Positions 39,526-53,329 of a DNA stretch of 64,000 bases are shown piece after piece. Source of the stretch: Felis catus (lineage: Eukaryota); assembly GCF_018350175.1 (NCBI RefSeq), contig NC_058368.1:434001-498000 (forward strand), written 5' to 3'. The translations under genes were made by a program, and so were the position numbers. Each line of letters starts with the position of its first letter. Position 1 is the stretch's first letter. The notes below the pieces were generated by a model, which was not told the DNA's origin, ran no database searches, and saw nothing but the letters and a program-made list of their open reading frames with translations.

Positions 39526-39841
39526 TGTAGAGTGCTCTTTTATAATTTGTCTTAGCTGTTAATGGAATGGACAGACTCCTACAGAAGCAACATTAATTTG
39601 TCCTTATTTAAAGTGGCGGGGAAAAAGAATGCAAGATAAAGCTGAGAGTATCATTCTAGCAAAAGTTATTGTGGTACTGGCTGAGAGTAAGATGTGGTTA
39701 AATAACCTATTTCTGTATTGATTCTTAAGTATCACGAGTATGATACAGTGGAGGACTTTGGAAAGAGATGGTTTGAGAGGTGATTGATAAAATGAAAAGT
39801 GATAACTTGGAGATTCTTTTATTTTTCCTTTCTTCCATAAG

Positions 39842-39843
<2 letters not shown>

Positions 39844-39885
<42 letters not shown>

Positions 39886-39900
39886 TGTGTGTCTGTGTGT
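39844..39900. repeat. (TG)n microsatellite
   Basis: Directly visible. Confidence 0.95.
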
Positions 39901-40421
39901 TAGTAACGTAGAGATTTTTTTCTCAATTGGTAATGCAGAGATTTTTTAAAAACATATCCCACCCAGCTGGAAACCAGCACCTGAGTTATTTTTTATTGCA
40001 CTTATTTATTTATATATGTCTTCTGTTAGTCTGTAAGCCCCTATAAGGGCATGGACCACATTTTATTGCCTTCTACATCCCTGGTGCCAAACACAGTAAA
40101 CATGTAATAAATGTTGTGTTAGATGAAATACCGTGATATTTTGACACTTGCTAGATTTTTCCATGTTTCAGTCCTCTAAGTAAGTTTACTTTTATGGTTG
40201 ACTCTGGAATGGATCAATGTGAAAAAATAATAAAGTTTTACTTTGCAACTTTATGAGAGTTAAAGAAACTTATTATTAATTCGCTGAGACCCTACTCAGA
40301 TGGTAATTATATTTTTGTATAAGTTTAACTTTTTAAAGCATATTTAATGTGGTCATAAATTATGAGGGAAATAAGAGAAATACAGGAAACCCTTAAGGAA
40401 TGATTTCATTTGAAACCTGTC

Positions 40422-43400
40422 TTTTTTTTATTGTCAAGTTAGCTAACATACGGTGTAGTCTTGGCTTCAGGAGTAGATTCTTGTGATTCATCACTTACAC
40501 ACAACACCCAGTGCTCATCCCAACAAGTGCCCTCCTTAATGCCCATCACCCATTTTTCCCACCCACCCAACCTGTGCCCCCATCAACCCTTAGTTCTCTG
40601 TATTTAACAGTCTCTTATGGTTTGTGTCCCTCCCTGCTTGTATCTTATTTTTCCTTCCCTTCCCCTATGGTCATCTGTTAAGTTTCTCAAATTCCACTTA
40701 TGAATGAAAACATATGATATCCATCTTTCTATGACTGGTTTACTTCACTTAGCATAATACCCTCCAGTTCCATCCATGTAGTTGGAAATAGCAAAAATTC
40801 ATCTCCGAATAGTACTCCATTGTGTATATATACCATATCTTCTTTATCCCTTCATCAGTTGATGGGCATTGGGCTCTTTCCTTAATTTGGTTATTGTTGA
40901 TAGCGCTGCTATAAACACTGGGGTGCTTGTGCTGTTTTGAATCAGCACTCCTGTATCCTCTGGATAAATGCCTAGTGGTGCAATTTCTTCATCGTGGGGT
41001 AATTCTATTTTTTGTTTTTTGAGGAACCTCCACACTGTTTTCCAGTTTGCATTCCCACCAGCAGTGCAAGAGGGTTCCCCTTTCTCCACATCCTCACCAA
41101 CATCTGTTGTTTCTGGAGTTGTTAATTTTAGCCACTCTGGCGTGAGGGGGTATTTAAATGTGGTTTTGATTTGTATTTCCCTGATGATGAGCAATGTTGA
41201 GCATCTTTTCATGTGTCTTTCTGCAATCTGGATGTCTTCTTCGGAAAAATGTCTATTCATGTCTTCTGCCCATTTCTTCACTGGATGGTGTTTCAGGTGT
41301 TGAGTTTGGTAAGTTCTTTATAGGTGTTTGATACTAATCCTGTATCTGATGTGTCATTTGCAGATATCTTCTCCCATTCCATGGGTTGTCTTTTAGTTTT
41401 GCTGATTTTTTCCTTTGCTGTGCAGAAGCTTTTTATCTTGATGAGGTCCCAATACTTCATTTTTGCTTTTGTTTCCCTTGTCTCCAGAGACATGTCAAGT
41501 AAGAAGTTGGTGTAGCCGAGGTCAAAGAGGTTGCTGCCTGTTTTCTCCTCTAGGATTTTGATGGTTTCCTGTCTCACATTTAGGTCTTTCATCCATTTTG
41601 AGTTTATTTTTGTGTATGGTGTAAGAAAGTAGTCTAGTTTCATTTTTCTGCATCTTACTGTCTAGTTCTCTCAGCACCATTTGTTAAAGAGACTGTCTTT
41701 TTTCCATTGGATATATTTTCCTGCTTTGTTGAAAATTAGTTGACCATATATTAGTGGGTCCATGTCTGGGTTCTATATTCTATTCCACTGGTCTATCTGT
41801 CTGTTTTTATGCCAATACCATATTTCCTTGATAATTACAGTTTGTAATACAGGCTAAAGCCTGGGATTGTGATGCCTCCAGCTTTGGTTTTCTGTTTCAA
41901 TATTACTTTGGCTACTCGGGGTCCTTTGTGGTTCCATACAAATTTTAGGATTGTTTGTTCTAGCTCTGTGAAGAGTGCTAATGTTATTTTGATAGGGACT
42001 GCATTGAATATATAGATTGATTTGGATAGTATTGACATTTTAACAATATTTGTTCTTCCAATCCATTTACATGGAATGTTTTTCCATTTCTTTGTGTCTC
42101 CTTCATTTTCCTTCATAAGCTTTCTATAGTTTTCAGCATACATATCTTTTGCATCTTTGGTTAGGTTTATTCCTAGGTATTTTATGGTTCTTGGTGCAAT
42201 TGTAAATGGAATCAATTCCTTGAAATCTCTTTCTATTGCTTCATTATTGGTGTATAGAAATGCAGTCAATTTCTGTATATTTTATATCCTGCAATTCTGC
42301 TGAATTCATGTATCAGTTCTGGCAATTTTGGGGTGGAATCTTTCGGGTTTTCCATGTAGAGTATCATGTCATCTGGAGAGAATGAAAGTGTGATTTCTTT
42401 GCCAGTTTTGGAGGCCTTTTATTTCTTTGGGTTGTCTGATTGCTGAGGCTAGGACTACCAACACCATGTTAAACAAACACTGATGCACGTGGACATCCCT
42501 GTCGTGATCCTGATCTCAGAGGAAAAGCTCTCAGTTTTTCCCCATTGAGGATGATATTAGCTGTGGGCCTTTCGTATATGGTTTTTATGACATTAAGGTA
42601 TGTTCCTTCTATCCCTACTTTCTTGAGGGTTTTTATTAAGAAAGGGATGCTGTATTTTGTCAAATGCTTTTTCTGCATTTGTTGACAAGATCCTATGGTT
42701 CTTACCCTTTCTTCTATTAATGTGGTGTATCATGTTGATTGTTTTGCAAATATTGAACCAGCCCTGTAGCCCAGGAATGAATCCCACTTGATCATGGTGA
42801 ATAATTCTTTTAATATATGGTTGAATTTGATTTGCTGGTATCTTGTTGAGAAATTTTGCATCCATCTTTATCAGGGATTTTAGACTATAATTCTCCTTTT
42901 TAGTGATGTCTTTATCTGGTTTGGGAATCAAGGTAATGCTGGCTTCATAGAATGAGTCTGGAAGCATTCCTTCTGTTTCTATTTTCGGAACAGCTTGAAA
43001 AGCATAGGTATTAACTCTTCTTTAATGCCTGGTAGAATTCCTCTGGGAAGCCATCTGGTCCTGGACTCTTATTTGTTGGGAGATTTTTGATAACCAGTTC
43101 AATTTCTCTGCTGGTTATGGGTCTGTTCAAATTTTTGTTTCTTCCCATTTGCATTTTGGTAATCTGTGAGTGTTTAGTAATTTTTCCATTTCTTCCAGTT
43201 TGTCTAGCTTGTTGGCATATAATTTTTCATAGTATTCTCTAAAATTCTTTGTATTTCTGTGGTATTGGGTGTGATCTCTCCTTTCATTTGTGATTTTATC
43301 TATTTGGATCCTCTCTATTTTCTTTTTGAGATGTCCAACTAGGGATTTATCAATTTTGTTTATTCTTTCAAAAAACCAGCTCTTAGATTCATTGATCTAT

Positions 43401-46400
43401 TCTACTGTTTTCTTGGATTTTATGTTGTTTATTTCTGCTTCAATCTCTATTTCTCTTCTTCTGCTGTCTTTGAGCTTTCTTTGCTGCTGTCTTTCTAGTT
43501 CCTTTAGGTGTGAGGCTAGGTTGTGTATTTGGGACTTTTCTTGCCTCTTGAGATAGGCCTGGATTGCAATGTATTTTCCTCTTAGGACTGCCTTTGCTCC
43601 ATCCCAAAGGGTTTGGACTGTCATGTTTTCATTTTCATTTGTTTCCATATATTTTTTTCATTTCTTCTTTAATTGGTTAACCCATTCATTCTTTAGTAGG
43701 GTGTTCTTTAACCTCCATGTATTTGGAAGCTTTCCAAATTTTTTCTTGCGGTTGATTTCAAGTTTTTTAGCATTTGTGATCTGAAAATATGCATGGTGTG
43801 ATCTCAATCCTTTTATTGGTTGGGGGCTGTTTTGTGACCCAGTATATGATCTGTTTTAGGTAATGTTTCATGTACATTCAAGAAGAATGTGTATTCTGCT
43901 GCTTTTGGATGAAAGTTCTGAATACATCTGTTAAGTACATTTGGTCTAATGTGTCATTCAGAGCCTTACAATTTCCTTACTGATTTTCTGTCTGAATAAT
44001 CTACCCATTGTTGTAAGTGTAGTATTGAAGTCCCCTACAATCACAGTATTACTATGTATACATTTATTTATGTTTGTGATTAATTGATATATATATTTGG
44101 ATGCCTCCACGTTGGGGGCACAAGCATTTACATTTGTTAGCTTTTCTTGATAGACCCCTTAATTATGATGTAATGCCCTTCTTCATTTCTTGTTACAGTC
44201 TTTGTTTTAAAATCTAGTTTGTCTGATATAAATATGGCTACTTTGGCTTTCTTTTGCCATCCAGAGCATGATAGATGGTTCTCCATGCCCTCACTTTCAA
44301 TCTGCAGGTGTCCTCAGGTCTAAAATGAGTCTCTTGTAGGCAGCATGTAGATGGATCTTCTTTTTTTCCTTTTTTTTTTTTAAATCCATTCTGATACCCT
44401 GTGTCTTTTGATTGAGGCATTTAGTCCATTTACATTCTGAGTTATTATTGAAAGATATGAACTTAGTGCCACTGTGTTATCCCTAGATTTCGTGCTTGTA
44501 GTGATGTCTCTGGTCCTTCATAGTCTTTGCTGCTTTCCACTCATATAGTCCCCCTTAGGATCTCCTGCAGGGCTGGTTTAACGGTCATGAACTCCTTCAG
44601 TTTTTGTTTGTCTGGGAAAGCCTTTATCTTTCCTTCTATTCTGAATGACAGGCTTGCTGGATAAAGGATTCTTGGCTGCATATTTTTCCTGTTCAGCACA
44701 TTGAAAATTTCGTGCCACTCCCTTCTGGCCTGCCAAGGTTCAGTGGACAGGTCTGCTACTACCCTTATGTGTCTACCCTTGTAGGTTGAGGCCCATTTGT
44801 CCCTAGCTGCTTTCAGAATTCTCTCTTTACCTTTGTATTTTGCCAGTTTCACTATATGTCATGGTGTTGACCTGTTTTTGTTGATTTTGAAGGGAGTTCT
44901 TTGTGCTTCTTGGACTTGGATGTCTGCTTCCTTCCCCATATTAGGGAAGTTCTCAGCTATAATTTGTTCAAATAAATCATATGCCCCTTTCTCTCTCTAA
45001 TCTTCTTCTGGAACTCCTATGATACAGGTATTTTGTTTCATTGAATCACTTAGGTCTCTAATTTTCCCTCATTGTCTAGTAATTTTCTTTCCCTCTTTTT
45101 TTGAGATTTATCATTTTACATAATTTCATCTATTTTGCCTACTCTCCCCTCTTCTTTTTCCATCTTCCCTGTCACTGCATCTATTTTATTTTGCATCTCA
45201 TTTATAGCATTTCTTAATTCATCATGACTATTTCTTAGGTCTTTGATCTCTGCAGCAATAGATTCTCTGCTGTCTTCTATGCTTTTTTTTCAAGCCCAGC
45301 TATTAGTCTTATGACTGTTATTCTAAATTCCTGTTCATATATATTGTTTATATCTGTTTTGAGCAATTCTGGCTGTCATTTCTTCCTGGTATTTCTTTTG
45401 AGGAGAATTCTTCCATTTCATCATTTTGGCTAGGTTTGTGTCTTTTACATGTTTTAATAGCTTGTTATGTGTCCTGTAACTGTGAGACCTGCTATATTAA
45501 AAAGGGGTCAATCACTATCCAGGGCCTGGCTTTCAGGAGGTGTTTTTAGAGTGTGTTGGTGCACTCTGTTGTTGTGTATTTGGCTGCTCTACTCCACTGA
45601 TCAGTCTTCTACAAAGCTCCTCCTTACTCGTCGTGGTGGATTGTTTAGACCTTCTGACAGGTGTGCTTTGATTTTTCGTTGAAGTAACCCTGAAAGAAAG
45701 GGAAGGGGACCTGATCCCATAGAAAGAGAAAAATGAAAGGGGAAAAAGAAAAAAAAGAAAAAAAAACAAGCAGAGAATCAGAGAAACTATAAGTCTTAAT
45801 CCAGAGAAAGAGAAAGGAAAATAAAGAAGGAGATCTAGAAAAGGTGTAAAAAGAATAAAAATGCCTGATTACACAAAGAAACAAAGCAGAGAAAGAACAA
45901 GAAGAAAATTTATATATATATACATTAAGAATTGACCAAAAATCAAATCTGAAAGTTATGAACCTGATTCCAAAGGAAAAAAAAGAAGAGAATATAAAGA
46001 AAAAGAAGAGAGAAGAGAAGGAAAGGAAGAGAAGAGGGGAAAAAAAGAGCAACAGACTAACATACAAAATCACAGGACAGGGGCATCTGGGTGTCTCAGT
46101 CAGTTAAGCGTCCAACTTTGGCTCAGGTCATGATCTCATGGCTCCTGAGTTCGAGCCCTGCATCAGGCTCTGTGCTAACAGCTTGGAGCCTGGAGCCTGC
46201 TTCAGATTCTGTGTCTCCCTCTCTCTCTGCCCCTCTCCCACTCGTGCTCTGCCTCTCTCTCAAAAATAAACATTAAAAAATTAAAACTCAGGACATTTGT
46301 CTGTTGGTATCTGGGACCAGTGACTGTGCTGGTCTGGAGGAGAGGTCAGCTACCTGCTTTGGGTCAGTCTCGCTCCAGTAGATAAGCAGTTGCCAGGCAC

Positions 46401-47260
46401 AGAGGGGTGGGGTTTAGTGTAAGCGGATCCTGCTCCATGGGGGCCACTGTCCTGTTCCCTGAAGCCCCACTGTGTTGATGATGGGGAGAAAAATGGTGAC
46501 ACCCCAGTCTCTCCTCCCCAGACCAGGAGTCTCAAACTATGCTGTTGAGGCAGCCCTTACAGGGTAGCATGGGCGGTGGGCTTGTCCTGCTCCACAGTTG
46601 TCCCACGCCTCCTAGGTGGTTAGCTTGGATTCAAAACCTGATGTCTTAAAGGATCCCACACCATGAAGACCCAGTTCTGGGGTAGCGCTGCTCTGCCCTG
46701 CCAATATGGCTAGCACCTGCAGGATCTTTTGTCCTTGGAGGGGCAATATACCCTCTTTCCACAGCACTCAAGGGAGGGGACTGTTCTCTCCCAATGCACC
46801 CCTGAGATTGCTACCAGGCCGGGGGACCAGCTTCTCTCCCCACTAGCACATGCACATGGTCTGGAGAGTCATACACTTTTGAAATCTCCATTCTTCAGCT
46901 CCTAAGGCTGTTTGCAGAGTAGAGACTGGTACTCTCCGTGTTTCTCATTCCCCAGTCCGTGGTCCGGAGAGGTTTTTTCTTGTCCTAACACAAAACCACA
47001 ATCCATAGCTTCTCTTTCTCTCCCTTTCATCTCTGTACATAAAGGGATCCCTCCCCTCCATTGCCATGCTGTTTTATGTCCCCCAATTTGCATACACACA
47101 CCTCTGTCCCACCAAACTATCTCCTTCCACCTGTGGAGATTTTTCTGTCATTCCCCAGATAGATTTCCTGTGTGTTCCAAGTGTTCTGACCTCAATACAG
47201 CTGTGTTTGAGGGAGGAGGGAAATCCTGGTCCCCCTACTTCTACACCATCTTAACTTCTT
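40422..47260 (-). mobile_element. Older, essentially full-length LINE-1 in RNF17 intron 3 (antisense), with a SINE in its 5'UTR
   Basis: Degenerate ORF1 (44541-44852) and ORF2 pieces (40844-44420); 5' end aagaagttaagatggtg; degenerate TSD aaacct(g/t)tc at 40413 and 47262. Confidence 0.93.
46080..46285 (+). mobile_element. Can-SINE nested in the intronic L1 5'UTR
   Basis: SINE head and tail; flanking aaa...caggaca repeats. Confidence 0.9.
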
Positions 47261-49015
47261 AAAACCTTTCCGTTTTGTTAATGGCACTGAGCATCTGTAA
47301 ATCACTCTAGTTCCTCATATCCCATTCAGTTTGTCTCCTGTAAACCCTAACTTCCACAGTATCTTCCGTATTCATAATTTATCTTTCATTTCTACTTAGT
47401 CTTTTTTGACTACCTTCTTAGTACATCCATACTTTTCCCTGCTCCGTGCTTCTTCATTACCTATCTAAATAAAATCCAAAATTTTTTAGACTTAGCTTTC
47501 ATAGTCTTTCACATGACTGCTGCAGCTTCTCTGTCTGGACTTAAACGGGTACTTCAACAGAAACCAAAAGAAGAGTTATCTCTGTAGGTAGTAAACCACT
47601 TAGCTAAAGTCTGGCAGCTGGGTATTGAGAGAACCAGTGGAACTCTGGCTTACTGAGTATCAACCCCTATATTTGTATTCCTCCAGGCATTTCCTCCAAA
47701 TGCTCTGTGTGAAATGATTAGAATCAATCTTTAGGAATCTTTTTGGTTCCTCGTGACTCAATGGCCTCAACAAATTTGAGTCCCTGCAGAAGTCCAGGAG
47801 ATGACTTACTAGGTGAGGTAGACAGAGTTTAAACAATGAGTGGTATGAATTGTGGCAGACAAAAGAAGGCCCCTCCAAAGGAGGTGGCCCATTTCTCAGC
47901 TCCAGTCAATTACTTCTGTGTGTTAAGACAAATCCAGTGTTGCCAAATCTTCCTTTTTATTCCCCCAAGAGAAGATAGACATCTAGACTTCTATGTGAAA
48001 TTTTCTGACTTTTTAAAACTTATACAAGTTAAATATGATTATGTGTTTGTCTAGATATATATCGTATGTAGTATGGTTATAAAGTGAAATTTCACTTTCG
48101 GAAGTAGATGAATCCATTTTAAGTACCCAAATTTTTTCCAAATTACTGTTTTTTTTTTTAAATTCTCCATACCAAGTATACTTATGTTAGAACCTCCTAT
48201 TCCCTAAATTCAGTAGATTGTGGTGTAAAATAATTGTTTATTTTTAAATAAACATCCCTTGATACATAATGTATTTCCTTCCTGATTTATCTTTAATATC
48301 TTGAAACAGGAATTGAAAAATGGACTTCTTGGGGCTAATGTATTCACATGTTTTCAAGAACATGAATACTCACTTTTCAAAGTAATTGAATGTTTAAAAT
48401 TTGTCTATTTTTTCTGTAAAGGTAACATATTTAAACAACATAATTTCTTCCGTAAACTATCTTAGGCTTATGACTAAGTAAACACCTAAGAGTTTACTAT
48501 ATGTGAGCCAATATAGGGAGATACAAAAATAAAATAGGCAAAAAGTCTAGCATGTGTAGATAAGAAACTGAACTTTTTCTTTTCACATTAACTTACCTGG
48601 TAAATTCATTACCTTTTTGTAAATTATCCAGGCCTGTGAGTACATTCTATTAATAGCTGGCATTTGTATATAAGTAATTGAGCTTAAAGGCAGTTCAGTG
48701 GCTATCAACACCTCTACCAAAAAATAATCAGGTAAGGAGAGGTAACTAGGAGATGAAAGCACAATTTATACTGTAAGCTCTTATTTTTAGGGATTTGCTA
48801 AGAAGTTGAATTCTTGGTTAAAATTAAGTTTTATATGAAAGCCTGTTTAGCCATCGCTTCTCTCTTTGCTTATTATAAATGAGAACGAACAGTACATGTT
48901 AGTATTATGTAATACATCATATGAATTATTTTTGATGGACAGTAAAAATAAGAATAGAAGGTTAAAACTGTTATATTAATGTGGCATCTGAAATAATGTA
49001 CTTGACATTTTTCAG

Positions 49016-49127
49016 GATAAGGAATTGTTCTCAGGACTTTAAAAAGACTACTGATCAGCTAACTATTGGTTTGGAACATTCAACATCCACACACAAGACT
49101 ATTTTGAACTCCTCAACTGTAATGGCG
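49016..49127 (+). CDS. RNF17: RNF17 exon 4 ([38 protein letters not shown])
   Basis: Acceptor tttttcag|, donor GCG|gtatga; 112 nt; NCSQDFKKT motif; phase consistent. Confidence 0.92.
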
Positions 49128-50038
49128 GTATGAAAAAATGTTACTTATGAAGTAAGATGAAACCAAACATTTTTACTTTGTGTCTGGTAGCTTAATTATT
49201 GTCTCTTCTCAAGGTTCCTATAATTATAGATTTTTTGGAAGCATGAAGGTAAGTGGTAAACCTATACTCCTTACTTGAATCTCTTGTTTTATTATAATTA
49301 TACTTGAACAATTCTTATTTCTTCCTAAGGCAGCCCATTCTCCTTTGACCAACTCTGTAGTGTTCTTGACATTTAACCATATGTAGGTTCCCTTTGAACC
49401 TAGTTATTGAATCCTATTACATGAAACTTGTATAAAGTACAGGTTTTAAATTCTAAAGGTGATTTTTCAAATCATTTTAATGGCAGCTAAAAGGCCTAAC
49501 ATTTGCTATGATGATGATGGTGATGTTATTGTTGGAAGATTGAATCTTACCTGTTACTGTAAAATAATGTATTGTTTTAGTTTAAGATTAGAAATAGAAT
49601 AAATTCCAAAATACTATTATTAAAGAGAACTTTGGTGATCTGGGGAATGGAGAAAGCACTTAATTTTGCTATCTTTTACTTCAAGTTTAAATTTTAACAT
49701 AGTCAAATTATACTCTTCTTTAAAAACTTAATTTTTACATGTGTGTGCATTTATTGCCATGATAATTTTTTCAAAATAGTTTTAAGTTGCAGAATATTCC
49801 ATTTTTTTAAAAAAGGTCTCTAAAAAAATCTGGAATACCATAATCAAAACTCTAAAATGTTAATGGTTTTGAATTTCTGGGTAAGTAGGATTGAAAGTGT
49901 TGTTTTTATTATGTTCAGACTTCTATGGTGGTCTGTTGCTTTTGTAACCAAAATTGTAGCTTGATGTTTTTGCAACTAATACAGTGTATCTAAGCATCTA
50001 TTTTTATATTTGTATGTGGTCCCCCTTCCCCTTCTTAG

Positions 50039-50122
50039 GAAAGTAAAACTGCAGAAGAAGAAATTGAGGAAGCGTTGAAGATAGCGGGCTATAATTTTGA
50101 ACAATTAAGTGTTGCTGTAAAA
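50039..50122 (+). CDS. RNF17: RNF17 exon 5 (ESKTAEEEIEEALKIAGYNFEQLSVAVK)
   Basis: Acceptor cttcttag|, donor AAA|gtaagc; 84 nt, phase 0/0. Confidence 0.9.
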
Positions 50123-50579
50123 GTAAGCATTTTGAATGACTAAAGCCTATTGTGAATTAAGGCATGTTCTTTAAATGTGTTCATTTGGATTTTTTTTTTA
50201 CTGAAGTTGGAGCTTAGCACTGAGTTATTGAACAGGATAATCTAATGGTAGAGAAACATACAAAAGAATGGAAAACTCCCATGGCCTGCTGAGATTGGTC
50301 TCTTAGCATTGTTGTGCTAGCAGCCTACTGAAACTGGAGCACTATTAAGGAACCACGATTCTTTCTTGCTGTGAGCTGAAGTTTGTCTTGAAAGTATCGT
50401 AGATCATCTTTCTAACATTGCGCATTACTCAGCTGAATACCCTAACACAGAGTCTTGTTCTCTTTCCTTCCTTACTCCATCCCCCAAAAGAGAGACTCAC
50501 TTGGTGACAAAAGCAAACTCCTAGGCACCTAATAACAACAAATTAACAACCAAGGCAATCAAACGAGTATAGCAGATGT

Positions 50580-50880
50580 GGGAGTTAAGACCTCAACATA
50601 TGAATTTGGGAGGGGGGCAGACAAAATTCACCCTATAACAGCCTGCCCTCTGAAACCCACCTCCATATTCATGTCCTTTTCACATGCAAAATACATTCAC
50701 CCCATCCCTTCAGCATCAAGTCTAAGACCAGAATCTAATCTAAATATCTTCTAAATCAGGTATGGCTGGGGTTCACGGTATGATTCAGTTTTTCCAACAT
50801 TGGTTGTACAGGTATGGGATTGCTGTTCCTATTCTAGAAGGGAGAAATTGGAAGGAAAAAAAATGGGTCATACATCTTAA
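50580..50880. mobile_element. MaLR (MLT/MST-like) LTR end plus internal fragment
   Basis: gacctcaacatatgaatttggg...caccctataaca followed by ttcatgtccttttcacatgcaaaatacattcaccccatccc. Confidence 0.6.
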
Positions 50881-51307
50881 GCAATAATTCTTTGTCAAAA
50901 GTGCAAAGATGTGGAATAGTTAACATTTTAACTCAAGTATGTTTTTTTAATATTATATATTAAGGTTCTTTCATTTAAGGAATCCTTCCAGAGACAAATT
51001 CAGCTATCCAGAGTGGCTCTTCCTGTAATGATAAAAAGGAATAAGAAATTTAGAAAACGTAGTGGATTTTCTAGGCCTTTTTGCCAGTTTATTGGTACTC
51101 AGTGTCAACAAAGGTGTGATCTTGATGACAAGTAACAGGATTTAAAGTTGGAACCTTATAACTTATTCCATTTTTATCACCTAATCTCCTTTGTGTTGTT
51201 ATTTTGAAAGGTCTAATAAGTACCTGTTACTTTTAAAATTATTTAAACAGTACAATTTCTATAAAATAAAAATACAAAATTAGGTCTTTGTATTATGTTC
51301 TTTCCAG

Positions 51308-51408
51308 ATGCTTGAACACATACACAGTGAAACAAAAGCAGAAACAGTCAGTCTTATAGAGGTTCTGGAGAAACAGTTTGATCAACTTTTTACTTCTCTT
51401 GATTCCAG
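51308..51408 (+). CDS. RNF17: RNF17 exon 6 (MLEHIHSETKAETVSLIEVLEKQFDQLFTSLDSR)
   Basis: Acceptor tttccag|, donor AG|gtaata; 101 nt; EKQFDQL motif. Confidence 0.92.
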
Positions 51409-52057
51409 GTAATAACTTAAAAATATAGATTCAGGGTGCCTGGGTGGCTCAAGTGTCCATCTCTTGATTTCAGCTGAGATCATGATCTCAGAGTTCCTAG
51501 ATTTGAGCCCTGTATCAGGCTCTATGCTGACAGTGCAGGGCCTGCTTGGGATTCCCTCTCTGCCCCTCCCTTGAGCATGCTAGGTCTCTGTCTCTCTCAA
51601 AATAAATAACTAAAACTTAAAAAAAAATAGAAACTCAGTGAAACTGAAGTTTTTAACATTAGCTTGTCACTTTATTTCTTTGTATAAATTGAAGTAATGA
51701 GTAACTTTTGAACGAGTTTGGAAGGTAATGGGTGATTCCTACAGGTTGATGTCTACAACTTGAAAACAACAGTTTGTACATTTTAAAAACTTTTTGGCTA
51801 TTTGCCATCTGGTTCTAAAGCTAACTTAAATAAGCTTCTTTCTTAAAGCAGCACAGAAAATTATTTTAAAAATCTGAATCCATGTTGCAGAATTTTGCTT
51901 ACTTGAAAAATGCAAACATGCTTTTTCTTCTACATCATTCCATCATTTTTCATTGTTTATTTGCATCAGAGAAAGTAATAACTAACACTCATTTCTAGAC
52001 ATACCACACAGTTACATATCCATCACTTTAAAAACTCTGATATACATGATCTTTAAT

Positions 52058-52448
52058 TTTTTTCTTTCAAAATTTTATTTAAATTCAAGTTATCATATAA
52101 TGTAGTTTTGGTTTCAGAAGTGGAATTTAGTGATTCTTCACCCAGTGCTCATCCCAAGTGCTCTCCTTAATGCCTATTACCCATTTAGCCCATACCCCCT
52201 ACCTCCAGCAACCTTCAGTTTGTTCTCTATAGTTAAGTCTTATTTGCCTCCATCTATTTTTATCTTATTTTTCCTTCCCTTCCCCTATGTTCATCTGTTT
52301 CTTAACAAAATCATATGGTGAAATCATATGGTATTTGTCTTTCTGTGACTTATTTCACTTAGCATAATACACTCTAGCTCCATCCATGTTGTTGCAAATG
52401 GCAAGATTTCATTCTTTTTGATGCCTAATATTCCGTGTATGTGTATAC

Positions 52449-52509
<61 letters not shown>

Positions 52510-52776
52510 GGTATTGTATACATATATATGCACCCATGTGTATGTATACGTGTATATATATATATAGTATATATATATATATATATACGTCTACATAATT
52601 TTCTTTATTCATTAGTTGATGGACATTTGGGCTCTTTCTGTAATTTGGCTATTGTTGAAGTGCTGCTATAAATATTGGAGTTTATGTGCCCCTTCAAATT
52701 GGAAAGATAAAGACAGAACTACCCTATGACTCAGCAATTGCACTCCTAAGTATTTATCCAAAGGATACAAAAATAC
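52058..52776 (-). mobile_element. L1 fragment with 5' inversion and internal (TA)n tract
   Basis: Minus-strand 3' portion to ~52700, then plus-strand ORF2 piece 52701-52776; atctttaat repeats at 52049 and 52777. Confidence 0.8.
52436..52590. repeat. Compound (CA)n/(TA)n microsatellite
   Basis: Directly visible within the L1 fragment. Confidence 0.92.
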
Positions 52777-52873
52777 ATCTTTAATAATTTTTAATCACAT
52801 TTTTCTTTTTTTTTTTTAATTTTTTAAAATGTTCATTTATTCATTTTGAGAGAGAAAGCATGAACAGGGGAGG

Positions 52874-52919
<46 letters not shown>

Positions 52920-53329
52920 CCCAAGCAGGCTTCACCCTGTGAGAGCAGAGCCCAACATGGGGCTTGATCCCACAAACAGAGATCACCACCTGAGCCGAGA
53001 TCATGACCTGAACCAAAATCAAGAGTCAGTTGCTTAAACAACTGAGCCACCCAGGTGCCTCCAATTTTTAATCACATTTTTCAATTCAAGAAATAGGATC
53101 GTAAAAGTTTCAACATGCCAAAAGTAATATAATTAGTAACAGTATTTGTCCATGGACTCTTAGTGCTTTTTTCTTTTTTTTAATCCCATTAGGATGCCTC
53201 GGACATAGTCTTCAATATACTATGAATGAAATAGGTTGATTTCTTTAGTCTTCCATATTGGTATTATCGATATCACATGTGGTCGTTAATTATAACATTT
53301 AAGTTACAAGTCATGTGCATGCATTTTAA

